Below, one piece after another: positions 8,141 through 18,159 of a stretch of 64,000 bases of DNA (position 1 is the stretch's first letter; every line of letters begins with the position of its first letter). Made by a program: the position numbers and the translations under genes. Source of the DNA: Candidatus Saccharimonadota bacterium (lineage in GTDB: Bacteria; Patescibacteriota; Saccharimonadia; Saccharimonadales; DTSZ01); NCBI GenBank assembly GCA_012965045.1, contig DTSZ01000001.1:591629-655628 (forward strand). The letters run 5' to 3'. The notes beneath the pieces are model-generated. The model searched no databases. It was not told the DNA's origin and was given only the letters and a program-made list of their open reading frames with translations.

Positions 8141-8668
8141 ATGCTGATTTTAAATACACAACTTTTGCCACGGAGCATTATTAGTATTCATGCAAGTTCG
8201 CCCGTAGCATTTGCCAAACACGTCGTTATTAATCCCCATAACTTAACAATATCGGGCTTTTTTGTGGACTACGCCCGCCTTGCTGGGCAACACCCGGTTT
8301 TAATTAGCCAAGATATTCGACAAATTACTCCAAAGTCGTTTGTGATTAACCATGAAGAAGACATAACGCCCGTGGAAGAACTTATACGGTTTTCAAAGGT
8401 GGCAGAACTTAACTACGAACTACTGGGTAAAGAAGTCCGAACAGAGTCAAAAAAGAAAGTCGGCAGCGTAGACGAGTACGTTATTCAAGCTGATGGCATG
8501 GTCATTTACAACCTGCACGTTAACAAGCCTGTCTGGAAAAGCCTCACTGGTGGTGCTCGTATTATTAACCGTAGTCAAATAGTCGAAGTAACTGACAGCA
8601 CTATTATTGTTAAAGACGCTGTCATAACTGAAAAACAAGTTGCGCCACAAGCTATTCCTGCGAGCTAG
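8141..8668 (+). CDS. Hypothetical protein, possibly tandem PRC-barrel-like domains
   Basis: 175-aa ORF on the opposite strand between minus-strand genes. It contains two G-x-V...G-x-V-D...G-x-V segments reminiscent of PRC-barrel proteins. The start is uncertain. Confidence 0.35.
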   Translation: MLILNTQLLPRSIISIHASSPVAFAKHVVINPHNLTISGFFVDYARLAGQHPVLISQDIRQITPKSFVINHEEDITPVEELIRFSKVAELNYELLGKEVRTESKKKVGSVDEYVIQADGMVIYNLHVNKPVWKSLTGGARIINRSQIVEVTDSTIIVKDAVITEKQVAPQAIPAS

Positions 8669-9260
8669 CATCCTCCAGCGCCTTTTTAACATCGCCGTAA
8701 CTAAAACCATTCCGACACAAATATGCAATTAGCTTTGTGTCGTCTTGATAGCGTTTTTGTTTACGTTTGCTGATAATAATTCGTTTTAAACTAGTTGATT
8801 CTTGGTTAAGTTCGTCTAAAACTCGCTCAATAACAGAACCTTCAATGCCTTTTTGTTTCAGTTCAAAAAACAACTTACGTCGCGAAGTTGGCTTAAAGTC
8901 ATTGCGGTCAACCACCCACGATCGGGCAAAATCTTCGTCATTTAAATATTTCAAGTCCAGAAGTTTGCGGATAATCAGCTCACTATCTTCTGCTGCGGCG
9001 TCCTTGCGCATTAAATAGTCACGCATTTCTTTTATGCTGCGTTTTCGTCGCGCTAAGTAATCGAGAGCTTTGGCATACAGTTTGCCATAATCGGATTGTT
9101 TTTTAAGCTCGTCGATACGCTGAGGGCTGATCGTGTCGCCAATTTTTAAGTTGCTGTCCTGCCACTGCGATATCGTTAACGAAAAAGAATAGCTGCCGTC
9201 TATAAAAAATGAAGCCCGATTTTTGTCTTTTTGTTGTTGCTTGATATTTGTAATCTTCAC
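8652..9260 (-). CDS. recX: Recombination regulator RecX
   Basis: Helical, basic 202-aa protein immediately downstream of recA on the same strand. It has a RecX-like three-helix repeat character (YGKLYAKALDYLARRKRSIKEMRDYLMRK...). Confidence 0.75.
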   Translation of the reverse strand: MKITNIKQQQKDKNRASFFIDGSYSFSLTISQWQDSNLKIGDTISPQRIDELKKQSDYGKLYAKALDYLARRKRSIKEMRDYLMRKDAAAEDSELIIRKLLDLKYLNDEDFARSWVVDRNDFKPTSRRKLFFELKQKGIEGSVIERVLDELNQESTSLKRIIISKRKQKRYQDDTKLIAYLCRNGFSYGDVKKALEDASSQE

Positions 9261-9512
9261 ATTTATATACTACAGTATGAAATCTATGAATTTAGCAGAT
9301 GAAAAAGCAGACAAAGCCGGCTGTTTAAGGCACGAAGAAGAATTATGCTTATTAGACGCTGAAGCAGCTGAATGGTGTGGTGAGGCAGAACTAGTTTGGT
9401 GTGGCAAGGATAAGCAACAAAGCCCCGGAGCATTTTTGACTGAGATTATAGTCGATAAAGACGAAGAGCTGAGAGCAAAGGGCTGGCACCACACCGACAT
9501 CGCTGACCTACT

Positions 9513-10523
9513 TTAGGCAGTGCTAGCTTCGCGAATTTTCTTTTCGATTGTAGCCATATCTTTAGGGTGATCAGCCAGCCACTGTTTCGCAGCTTCCTTG
9601 CCCTGGCCAATCTTTTGATCGTTGTAGTCAAACCATGCACCAGCTTTCCCAATAATGTCGCATTTGACACCTAAATCCACTATATCGCCAGTTTTTGAAA
9701 TGCCTTGGTTATACATTATGTCGAATTCAGCAATTTTAAACGGTGGGGCAATTTTATTTTTTACCACTTTAACTTTTGTTCGATTTCCTATTACTTCATC
9801 GCCAGATTTAATTTGGCCAATACGCCTGATATCTAGCCGGACAGAGCTATAAAATTTTAGTGCGTTGCCGCCGGTTGTGGTTTCTGGATTACCGAACATG
9901 ACGCCGATTTTCATTCGTATTTGGTTAATGAATATAACCGTACAATTTGTGCGATTAATTACACCTGTTAATTTACGCAGCGCTTGGCTCATAAGACGAG
10001 CTTGCAAGCCCATGTGACTGTCACCCATTTCGCCTTCAATTTCTGCTCGTGGCACTAATGCGGCAACAGAGTCGATCACCACAAGGTCAACGGCATTAGA
10101 CCGCACTAATGTCTCGGCGATTTCCAAAGCTTGTTCGCCAGTATCAGGTTGCGAAATAAGTAAATTGTCGAGGTCAACGCCAATTTTTTTAGCGTATTCA
10201 GGGTCAAGGGCGTGTTCGGCGTCAACAAATGCAGCTGTGCCACCTTGTTTTTGAATTTCGGCAACAGCGTGCAAGGTTAGTGTGGTTTTACCAGAACTTT
10301 CTGGGCCGTAAATTTCGATAATCCTCCCCCGTGGCAAGCCACTGCCAAGTGCAAGGTCAATGCTTAAACTGCCACTTGAAAACGTTTCAACATTTTTAGC
10401 AGTATTTTCACCTAAATTCATAATAGAACCACTGCCAAATTGCTTTTCGATCTGCTCCATCGCCAGCTTTAGTGCTTGTTTTTTACCGTCGTTTGATCCA
10501 CCCTTGTCAGCCTTTGCCGCCAT
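9513..10523 (-). CDS. recA: Recombinase RecA
   Basis: Walker [14 protein letters not shown]. RecA core motifs [19 protein letters not shown] and [11 protein letters not shown]2 region [24 protein letters not shown]. Confidence 0.97.
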   Translation of the reverse strand: MAAKADKGGSNDGKKQALKLAMEQIEKQFGSGSIMNLGENTAKNVETFSSGSLSIDLALGSGLPRGRIIEIYGPESSGKTTLTLHAVAEIQKQGGTAAFVDAEHALDPEYAKKIGVDLDNLLISQPDTGEQALEIAETLVRSNAVDLVVIDSVAALVPRAEIEGEMGDSHMGLQARLMSQALRKLTGVINRTNCTVIFINQIRMKIGVMFGNPETTTGGNALKFYSSVRLDIRRIGQIKSGDEVIGNRTKVKVVKNKIAPPFKIAEFDIMYNQGISKTGDIVDLGVKCDIIGKAGAWFDYNDQKIGQGKEAAKQWLADHPKDMATIEKKIREASTA

Positions 10524-10667
10524 GTACCCCTCGCTTTCTTGATTACTCTAGTATACAAACAAATATTGACTAAATAAAATACAGATTATCTAAAGTGATT
10601 ATGCTTATAGGTAGAAAAACTAAAGATGGAAAGCTATAATACAGCTAATGATTAAAAATAGACATGG

Positions 10668-12635
10668 GTGGCGCAGCGAATGAGAATCCCTGATGCAATG
10701 GTGCAGCAGCTACTGCTGGAGGCCAAAAAAACCACAACCGACCAGATTGACGAGCTGGCTAAGCTTGGCAAACAACAAAATAAACCACTGCAAGATATGG
10801 TTATCGAAAAGCAGGTCATTAATGAAGCTGAGCTGGCTCAGCTCTACTCCAAAGAAATCGACGTATCCTTTATTGACCTGAGCGAACTAAAAATCGACAA
10901 AGAAATTTTAAAGCAAATTCCAGAACGAATTGCTAAAGAGTACCGAGCTGTTTTATTTGAAGTAAAAGGCGACACAAAAAAACTAGCCCTCGCCGATCCA
11001 GACGACTTACAAGCAATCGATTTTTTAACCAAACAACTTGGTGGCAATATCGAAATTTATCTTGCGACCAACAAAGACGTGTCGGTCGCGCTCGATGACT
11101 ACAAAGGCAGTCTTTCCAGCGAATTAAGCTCTGTTGTTACTGGTGAAGGTGACGAAGAAGAGGCAGTAAAAGAAGCTGTTAAAGAAGAAGATTTAGCCGA
11201 AGACTCGCCAATAGCCCAAACCGTAAACTTAATTATTGAATACGCTATTAAAGCCAAGGCCTCCGACATTCATATTGAACCACGCGAGCAATTTGTGCAG
11301 GTGCGCTATCGGGTCGACGGCGTTTTGCGTGAGGCCAATAAGCTGCCGCGTAAAGTAATGGCCGCATTAGTGTCACGTATAAAAATCCTGGCTAACTTAA
11401 AGATCGACGAACACCGTGCTCCCCAAGACGGCCGATTTAAAATTTCACTTGGTGAAGCCATTTATGCAATGCGGGTGTCTACCCTGCCAGTAGTTGACGG
11501 CGAAAAAGTTGTTATGCGTATTTTAGACGAAACCACACAGGCTCTTAGCCTTGAAGAGCTCGGCTTTTGGGGTGTGAGCCTAAAAAACATTCACGATGCA
11601 ATAAGCCAACCACATGGCATTATGCTAGTGACCGGCCCGACTGGATCTGGTAAGTCGACTACTTTGTTCTCGGTACTAAACCTGCTTAATAACCCTGGTG
11701 TTAATATTTCTACCATCGAAGACCCAGTTGAATACCGCATTCCGGGTGTTAACCAAACTCAAGTAAACGTAAAAGCTGGCATGACTTTCGCAGGTGGTTT
11801 GCGGGCGCTACTGCGACAAGACCCAAACGTTATCATGATCGGTGAGATCCGTGATGGCGAAACAGCTGATCTAGCTATACAAGCTGCTCTAACTGGCCAC
11901 TTAGTGTTTGCCACTCTGCACACCAACAACGCTGCAACGGCTATCCCGCGGCTTCTGGACATGGGTGCAGAGCCATTTTTGATAGCTTCTACCGTACGAG
12001 CGGTGATTGGTCAGCGACTTGTACGTCGCCTTAGTCCCGAAGCACGCGAAAGCTATCACCCAACTCAAGCCGAATTAAAAGACATAAAAGATAATTTTGA
12101 AATTAAAGAGGCGATCGCTCAAGTTAAACAAGCCGAAAAGATTAAAATCGACAAAGAGGAGCTTGAAAAAGAGTCCAAAAAAGTCATAAAACCCGTTAAT
12201 GCTGACGTTAAAGACAAAAGTATCATGGATAAAATTAAAGAAGATCCGAATATACTAGATCGGTCTGCGGCTGAAGCCGTGGCTGAAAAAGCTGTTAAAG
12301 AGGCGGTTAAAAAGCAAGAAGAAAAAGAGTCCAAGCCGAACGACACAAAAGATGACGATGAGGCTGAAAAAATTCAAACTTCTGAAAGCAAGCTAACGCT
12401 GTGGCGAGTTAAAGAAGGTGCTGAAGGCACTGGCTATAAAGGTCGAGTAGGAATTTATGAAGTTCTATCAATTTCCCAAAAAGTTCAACAGTTGATTTCT
12501 GCTCGAGCAACCGCCGACGAAATTCAAGACCAGGCTATTAAAGAAGGCATGATGACCATGCAGCAAGACGGATTTGTTAAAGCTATGCAAGGTCGAACCA
12601 CTGTCGAAGAAATCCTAAGAGTGACACGAGAATAA
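10668..12635 (+). CDS. pilB: Type IV pilus assembly ATPase, PilB/GspE family. It lacks the tetracysteine zinc motif and carries a Lys/Glu-rich insertion of about 100 aa.
   Basis: T2SSE N-terminal domain, Walker A GPTGSGKSTT, Asp box, His box (ATLHTN) and the C-terminal GYKGRVGIYEVL motif. No Cys residues in the region where GspE/PilB normally carry CxxC...CxxC. Confidence 0.9.
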   Translation: MAQRMRIPDAMVQQLLLEAKKTTTDQIDELAKLGKQQNKPLQDMVIEKQVINEAELAQLYSKEIDVSFIDLSELKIDKEILKQIPERIAKEYRAVLFEVKGDTKKLALADPDDLQAIDFLTKQLGGNIEIYLATNKDVSVALDDYKGSLSSELSSVVTGEGDEEEAVKEAVKEEDLAEDSPIAQTVNLIIEYAIKAKASDIHIEPREQFVQVRYRVDGVLREANKLPRKVMAALVSRIKILANLKIDEHRAPQDGRFKISLGEAIYAMRVSTLPVVDGEKVVMRILDETTQALSLEELGFWGVSLKNIHDAISQPHGIMLVTGPTGSGKSTTLFSVLNLLNNPGVNISTIEDPVEYRIPGVNQTQVNVKAGMTFAGGLRALLRQDPNVIMIGEIRDGETADLAIQAALTGHLVFATLHTNNAATAIPRLLDMGAEPFLIASTVRAVIGQRLVRRLSPEARESYHPTQAELKDIKDNFEIKEAIAQVKQAEKIKIDKEELEKESKKVIKPVNADVKDKSIMDKIKEDPNILDRSAAEAVAEKAVKEAVKKQEEKESKPNDTKDDDEAEKIQTSESKLTLWRVKEGAEGTGYKGRVGIYEVLSISQKVQQLISARATADEIQDQAIKEGMMTMQQDGFVKAMQGRTTVEEILRVTRE

Positions 12636-12636
12636 T

Positions 12637-13869
12637 ATGGCTAAGTTTGAATACACCGCAAAATCAGCCGAAGGCCAAGTTAGTAAGGGTGTTATTGAGG
12701 CCAGCGACCGAGCGGCCGCCCAAAAGGTATTAGTAGACCGTAAGCTTGAAATGCTGCTTTTAAAAGAAGCTGAGAAACAATCTGCGCTTAACAAGTTTTT
12801 AAACTTCAATCTGTCTGACCCAAAAGTAAAACTTCAAGATAAAGTCGTCTTTACCCGGCAACTTGCTACCATGATAAACGCTGGAGTGCCACTTGCACGT
12901 TCTCTGTCTACGCTGTCGGCTCAAACTGACTCCAAAGCCCTAAAAATCTACCTGCCAAATATCGTCAAAGACGTCGAAGGCGGGTCAACCTTTGCCGACG
13001 CGTTGGCTAAATATCCTAAAGTGTTTAATGACATCTACGTAAACATGGTCCGTGCTGGTGAAGCTGGTGGTATTTTAGATTCTATTTTGGAGCGATTGGC
13101 AGAACAGCAAGAAAAAGACGCTGAGATCAAAGGTAAGCTCAAGAGTGCTATGACCTACCCAGGGGTGATATTAAGCATTACTATAATTGCATTTTTATTC
13201 CTAATGACTACTGTTGTACCTAAAATCGGCAATATTATTCAAGACTTAGCTGGTGAGGACTACACCCCGCCTGTCTATACAAAAGTTATGTTAGGCATTA
13301 GTGACTTTTTAGTTAATTACGGCATAAAATCTTTACCGTTTATAGCCATTGGAACAGTCTTACTTATACGCTTTATCCGTAGCCCCAAAGGCAAGCCACT
13401 GTTTCATAAATTTTTACTAAAAATCCCACTGATAAATAAGATTCTTATTAAAGTTGCCTTGGCCCGGTTTGCGCGTATATTTAGTTCGCTAAATGCGGCT
13501 GGCGTGAATATTCTTGAATCGCTCCATACTACTGGTGCGGCGGTTGGAAACTTAGCCATTAAAGAGAAGATCGACGCTGCTGCCGAGGCAGTAAAAAGCG
13601 GTAAACCACTCAGCGAACCGCTTAGTAAAGACCCAATGTTTCCACCAATTCTGGCGCAAATGATAGCTGTTGGCGAAGAATCTGGAGATATCGATACTAT
13701 TTTGCAGAAATTAGCCAGCTTTTACGAACAAGAGGTGGACCAAGTTGCTGACGCCCTTACGTCCATATTGGAGCCGCTAATGATCGTTGTTTTAGGTGGA
13801 ATCATTGGCATGATCGCCTTATCGGTCTTTGGCCCAATTAGCTCAATTACTCAATCAATTGGTGGTTAG
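12637..13869 (+). CDS. pilC: Type IV pilus inner-membrane platform protein PilC (GspF family)
   Basis: Two GspF-type repeats, three TM segments, and a start codon 2 nt after the pilB stop. Typical pilB-pilC order. Confidence 0.9.
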   Translation: MAKFEYTAKSAEGQVSKGVIEASDRAAAQKVLVDRKLEMLLLKEAEKQSALNKFLNFNLSDPKVKLQDKVVFTRQLATMINAGVPLARSLSTLSAQTDSKALKIYLPNIVKDVEGGSTFADALAKYPKVFNDIYVNMVRAGEAGGILDSILERLAEQQEKDAEIKGKLKSAMTYPGVILSITIIAFLFLMTTVVPKIGNIIQDLAGEDYTPPVYTKVMLGISDFLVNYGIKSLPFIAIGTVLLIRFIRSPKGKPLFHKFLLKIPLINKILIKVALARFARIFSSLNAAGVNILESLHTTGAAVGNLAIKEKIDAAAEAVKSGKPLSEPLSKDPMFPPILAQMIAVGEESGDIDTILQKLASFYEQEVDQVADALTSILEPLMIVVLGGIIGMIALSVFGPISSITQSIGG

Positions 13870-13970
13870 GTAGTTGACCCCTTAACCGCTTATGCTTATA
13901 ATTCCGTATAGATACGGCAAATAACGTATTCTTTATCAACAAATAAATAAATGAGGAGGGTGGACTCTCA

Positions 13971-14399
13971 ATGAAAGTCTCATCACTACGAAAACAACAA
14001 GGTTTCACAATTATCGAACTTTTGATCGTAATTGTTGTAATCGGTATCCTAGCTGGTCTAGTGCTTAACGCTTTTGGAAATATCCAAGAACGAGCACGTG
14101 ACACAGAACGACAAAATGACATTAACGCGTTGCACACAGCTCTTGAGTTGTACTACGCAGACAACGGGTACTACCCAGCTGCATTGTCTGACTTAAATGT
14201 TAACGCTGAAAGCTTAGAAGGTCCAAACGCAGAAACCTACAACTTTGCAACAACTGCTAGCTGTACAACACTTGCAGGTAACTGTGCAGAGTACACGCTT
14301 AACGCGACTATGGAAACCGACCAAGACGACGACGGTGACGTTGACGCAAGCGACGTGTTTGCTCGCGACAGTCTAAACGGAAACCCAGGCTCTCTATAA
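13971..14399 (+). CDS. pilA: Type IV pilin (major pilin, prepilin-type N-terminal methylation/cleavage motif)
   Basis: Class III signal peptide: KQQG|FTIIELLIVIVVIGILAGLV with G-F cleavage and E+5. Strong RBS aatgaggaggg upstream. C-terminal Cys pair. Followed by a strong intrinsic terminator. Confidence 0.85.
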   Translation: MKVSSLRKQQGFTIIELLIVIVVIGILAGLVLNAFGNIQERARDTERQNDINALHTALELYYADNGYYPAALSDLNVNAESLEGPNAETYNFATTASCTTLAGNCAEYTLNATMETDQDDDGDVDASDVFARDSLNGNPGSL

Positions 14400-14420
14400 C
14401 ATAGAGTTGTCTGAGTCAGT

Positions 14421-14452
14421 AAAAAACCTCCTCTAAACCAGGAGGTTTTTTT
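14421..14452 (+). terminator. Rho-independent terminator after the pilin gene
   Basis: aaaaaacctcctc-taaacca-gaggaggttttttt: GC-rich stem followed by a T7 run. Confidence 0.75.
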
Positions 14453-14517
14453 AATTTAACTTATGCTTATGATACTGATATAATTCATGTATAACTTGCG
14501 TGGGCAAAAAATAAAAA

Positions 14518-15639
14518 ATGAATACACCGTTATTTTATAAAAATAAACCAATCTTTGGCATGGATATTGGGCATAGTACGCTCAAAGTCGTTCAATTAAC
14601 TAAAAATTCAGATTCATCTTTGCTGGTTCAAGGTTATGGATTTAATAATTTTTCTGGTTCGGCGATCGAGAATGGCATTATTACCGACCCAAGCGAAGTT
14701 GCTCAGGCAGCGTACAGCTTACTTACAGAGAAAGTCGTGGGTGGCATTACCACGAACCGTGTGGTCTCAGCTATACCGGTGTCAAAAACCTTTACGCGAG
14801 TACTTACTTTGCCGGCTGCTAGCGAAGACCAACTTGATGAAGCTGTAAAACTTGAAGTTGAACAATACGTCCCAGTACCAATTGACGACTTATATATCGA
14901 CTACAAAATTACCTACCGAGACACGTCCAAAAAAGACGAAGAGCTTGAAATACTTATGGTAGCCGCACCAAAATTAATTGTAGACAGCTATATGGACTTA
15001 TATGAAATGTTGGGATTGGAAGTCGCAGCCATCGAAACCAGCCTTATATCTTCGGTCCGTGGAGTAAAAAATTCGTTCAATAAAAAACCCGATCCAAAAA
15101 AAGGTAAATCAAAGTCTAAAAAAACCAAAACTCAAGCAACTTTACTAATCGACTTTGGAGCAAAATCCAGTGACTTGAGCATATTCGACAATACCATCCG
15201 AGTTACAGGCACTATACAAAAAGGCGGTGACGATATAACAAAAGCTATTGCCGACACCCTGAAACTTACCGAACGACAGGCTCATACTCTAAAAAGTCGA
15301 CATGGCTTAAGTGATAGCAAGCATCAAAAGAAAATAAATGACGCCGCTAAGCCAGTATTGGCAGAGCTTGGCCGTGAAATTCGTAAGATGAAGCGTTATT
15401 ACGAAGGACGCGCAACTGACGAAGGAGAGATTTCCCAATTAATTATTCTTGGTGGTGGCGCCAATCTACCAGGTTTGCCAGAATTTCTAAATAAAGAAAC
15501 AGGGATAGAAACTAGCGTTTGTAACACCTGGAACAATGCTGATTTTGGCCGACTCCAAGAGCCGCATCGGCTCGAAACAACTATGTACACCACAGCCTTT
15601 GGGTTGGCGTTGGCCCAAATTAAGGGAGAATTGCGATGA
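14518..15639 (+). CDS. pilM: Type IV pilus assembly protein PilM (actin-like ATPase fold)
   Basis: N-terminal FGMDIGHSTLKVVQL. Length 373 aa. Followed by overlapping pilN/pilO-like genes. Confidence 0.85.
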   Translation: MNTPLFYKNKPIFGMDIGHSTLKVVQLTKNSDSSLLVQGYGFNNFSGSAIENGIITDPSEVAQAAYSLLTEKVVGGITTNRVVSAIPVSKTFTRVLTLPAASEDQLDEAVKLEVEQYVPVPIDDLYIDYKITYRDTSKKDEELEILMVAAPKLIVDSYMDLYEMLGLEVAAIETSLISSVRGVKNSFNKKPDPKKGKSKSKKTKTQATLLIDFGAKSSDLSIFDNTIRVTGTIQKGGDDITKAIADTLKLTERQAHTLKSRHGLSDSKHQKKINDAAKPVLAELGREIRKMKRYYEGRATDEGEISQLIILGGGANLPGLPEFLNKETGIETSVCNTWNNADFGRLQEPHRLETTMYTTAFGLALAQIKGELR

Positions 15640-16229
15640 TAAATTTGCTCCCTCCAGATTACAAAGAACAAATAAAATATAGTCGCTATAACATTACTAT
15701 GGTCGGATATGTAGTATTGGTGTTCTTAGTAGGTTTGGCTATGTCGGCAATATTATTTGGCTCTAGCCTTATCGCACAAAAACAACTAAATGACCTCGAT
15801 GCCCAAATTACTGATCAACAGCAGCTTATAAACAACTTCGACGCTGTCCTGCAAGAAGCCAAAGAACTCGATGCTAAAATCGAAAAAGCCGGTGAAGTCA
15901 TTGCTAACGAGAGTAATTTTATTGGCTTCTTAGAAGAACTGGAGGGTGTTATCCCTGACTTTGCTCGTATTGCTTCGATTAGCTTAAGCCATGCGTCTCA
16001 AACAACCGGACCGGATGCACCTGAAGAAGATTTATTGCAGTTGACTATGGCTGTGTCTAGCCGAGACCAAGTAGCTACCTTGCAAAAGACACTCGAAACT
16101 ATGCAGCGCGTTGAGTCGATTGACGTTCAAGCCGTGCGACAAGACGAAAATGACACATCACAGTTCACAGTTGATATGTTATTAAAGCTAACGTCTCGTC
16201 CAGGTGAAAGACTGGAGGTAGCTGAATGA
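15636..16229 (+). CDS. pilN: Type IV pilus assembly protein PilN
   Basis: Canonical PilN start MINLLPPDYKEQ, a single TM helix and a coiled-coil. The start overlaps the pilM stop (ATGA). Confidence 0.8.
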   Translation: MINLLPPDYKEQIKYSRYNITMVGYVVLVFLVGLAMSAILFGSSLIAQKQLNDLDAQITDQQQLINNFDAVLQEAKELDAKIEKAGEVIANESNFIGFLEELEGVIPDFARIASISLSHASQTTGPDAPEEDLLQLTMAVSSRDQVATLQKTLETMQRVESIDVQAVRQDENDTSQFTVDMLLKLTSRPGERLEVAE

Positions 16230-16867
16230 GACCTAAGGCACTTTTCGTAATCCTTTGTTTCGCACTGGTCGCTAGCACGCTTGCTGCCGGTAGCATTTAT
16301 TACTTTGTTCAAAATGATCTCGAGTCTAACCTTGAGCTAATCCGAGAAAAAACCGCCGAGCTCGACACAATTGATGAAAAAGCTCGACTTCTAAATGACA
16401 CAAAAATTGAACTGCAAACCCTTAAAGATCAGAATATAGATCAAAAAATTTCAACCATACTTCCTGATGTAAAGAATCAACCTCAGGCAATTCAAAATTT
16501 ATATTCTATATTCGATCAAAACAAAATTGAGCTTACAGGAATTACGTTTGAAAGCACCGAAGATGAGCCAAACAATACCTCCCAGTCGACTGCGACCGAT
16601 GTTACCGGTGTTCTCTCGCTGCCAGTTGAACTAACCTTCAATCCAGAAATGTCATATTCAAAAGCTAAAAATCTTATAAAAGATCTCCAGCAGTCGAGCC
16701 GACATTTGAGCATTTCGGAAATGCAGCTTACGCCAAATTTGGATTCTGGTAATGTACTGGTATCGATTAGTGTCGACATCCACTTCGAAGCCGAAGTAGC
16801 AGGAGCAACATCAGAATTGTCGCGCGAAGAAGTCCTTAAGCAGATTGAAGAAGGCAACCAACAATAA
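16226..16867 (+). CDS. pilO: Type IV pilus assembly protein PilO-like
   Basis: N-terminal TM helix, coiled-coil, overlapping start with pilN. Positional and architectural call only. Confidence 0.6.
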   Translation: MRPKALFVILCFALVASTLAAGSIYYFVQNDLESNLELIREKTAELDTIDEKARLLNDTKIELQTLKDQNIDQKISTILPDVKNQPQAIQNLYSIFDQNKIELTGITFESTEDEPNNTSQSTATDVTGVLSLPVELTFNPEMSYSKAKNLIKDLQQSSRHLSISEMQLTPNLDSGNVLVSISVDIHFEAEVAGATSELSREEVLKQIEEGNQQ

Positions 16868-17163
16868 TGAAAAAATATCTCGAAAAACTTTTACCACTCC
16901 TCCAAGCTTTATTGAAACTGAAGGTCATTATCCTTAGCTTAATTGTGTTTATTATACTTAGCTTAACGATTACGCAGGCCCAAAAAGTTGGTGATAGCAT
17001 GCTTGACCGTGAATTAATCGACAAGAAGAGACTTGAAATTCAAGCCAATAAAGTAGAGTTCGATCAGGAAACGATTGATATCATCTACCAGCGCGTTAAA
17101 GAAGCTAATTTAGAAGCTCAGCCTGTAGACGATTCAACAAGCAACCCATTCTTTTACAACTAA
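16867..17163 (+). CDS. Small membrane protein (hypothetical; possible pilus assembly accessory)
   Basis: 98-aa ORF whose start overlaps the pilO stop. One TM helix followed by a charged helical tail. Confidence 0.45.
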   Translation: MKKYLEKLLPLLQALLKLKVIILSLIVFIILSLTITQAQKVGDSMLDRELIDKKRLEIQANKVEFDQETIDIIYQRVKEANLEAQPVDDSTSNPFFYN

Positions 17164-17705
17164 ATAACGTCGATGCCGTATTTTTTAATGAATTTTTCGT
17201 GCGCCTCGTTAATTTGTTTGGCTGCTACAACTGGGTCTTTAGCCAGGCGAAAAGCAAAATTTGCGGTTTCTCCAGCTGTTTCAACTTGAATCGTTCCAAA
17301 GTTAAATACTGACGCAAAAAAGCCCCGCTTAATTGCGGTTACATCTTGAACTTTTTCTAAACTTAATTGCGATACTGCTGAGCTAAACAAGCTGGTTTGC
17401 AATATTTGCACCAAGTTTTCTGACGTGACTATTAATTCGTTTGTCCGATATATTCTTGCGGCAATGTAGGTGCCAATTGCTACTAACACTGACACAGCAA
17501 AGACAACCATTAAAAACATAGCCCCTTTAAAAAAATCCGGGAAATCAGCACCAAGACCACTGCTGCGTGCAAGCAATGCAATTCCAATTAAAAGAGCTAT
17601 GATAAATACCCCTGATCCATAAATTGGTATAAGACCAACTGGGTGACGCCGAACTTCAAAGTCAACTGTTTCGCTTGGGTCAATATTTAATATTGTGGAT
17701 CTCAT
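17160..17705 (-). CDS. Membrane protein, possible bacterial PH (bPH_2, YdbS/YdbT-like) domain
   Basis: 181-aa ORF with two TM helices and a C-terminal region resembling the bPH fold. It lies antisense inside the pilus locus. Confidence 0.4.
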   Translation of the reverse strand: MRSTILNIDPSETVDFEVRRHPVGLIPIYGSGVFIIALLIGIALLARSSGLGADFPDFFKGAMFLMVVFAVSVLVAIGTYIAARIYRTNELIVTSENLVQILQTSLFSSAVSQLSLEKVQDVTAIKRGFFASVFNFGTIQVETAGETANFAFRLAKDPVVAAKQINEAHEKFIKKYGIDVI

Positions 17706-17760
17706 AATGGTAGTGCTTACTAGTAGTTTTAGTTATACTCTAATTAGTATACACATTATT

Positions 17761-18159
17761 ATGCTTAAAGATGACAACGGCTTCACCCTAACTGAACTTA
17801 TAGTTGCAATCGTGGTTGCGGTTATTTTGCTGACTGTTGCTAGTAATGCAATTATCAATCTAAATCGACTTAGCGCCCGATCAAGAGCCTTAGCGATTGC
17901 AAATGCTGCTGCCGAAAACAAGACCGAGGAAATTCGGAGTATTGGCTATTTGAATCTGGATAGCGCTGGGGACGGCACTTTCAGTATAGACACCAGTGAC
18001 CTCCCTGATGAGTTAATAAATCCAGTGGCAAGCTACACGGTGTCCACACCTGAGACCGGCCTGAAACAAGTCGAGATTAACCTTGCATATGATGTAAATG
18101 GCGACACAGAAAACCTCAACTACACCACGTACATATCGGAGCTTGGCGTTGGACAATAA
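17761..18159 (+). CDS. Type IV minor pilin/pseudopilin (prepilin-type N-terminus)
   Basis: MLKDDNG|FTLTELIVAIVVAVILLTV class III signal. I prefer the internal Met at 17761 over the ORF-track start at 17695. Confidence 0.7.
   Translation: MLKDDNGFTLTELIVAIVVAVILLTVASNAIINLNRLSARSRALAIANAAAENKTEEIRSIGYLNLDSAGDGTFSIDTSDLPDELINPVASYTVSTPETGLKQVEINLAYDVNGDTENLNYTTYISELGVGQ

Noticed and set aside
8141-8668. Possibility that 8141..8668 (+) is spurious because it is the only plus-strand ORF in a long minus-strand run
   Set aside because: I kept it as a low-confidence CDS. It is 175 aa, fills an otherwise empty 500-nt gap, and has an internally repeated G-x-V...D motif that looks protein-like. The start and the family remain uncertain.
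13847-14137. 96-aa minus-strand ORF overlapping the pilin gene start and its RBS
   Set aside because: It lies antisense to a strongly supported pilin gene (RBS plus class III signal peptide plus terminator). It has no features of its own.
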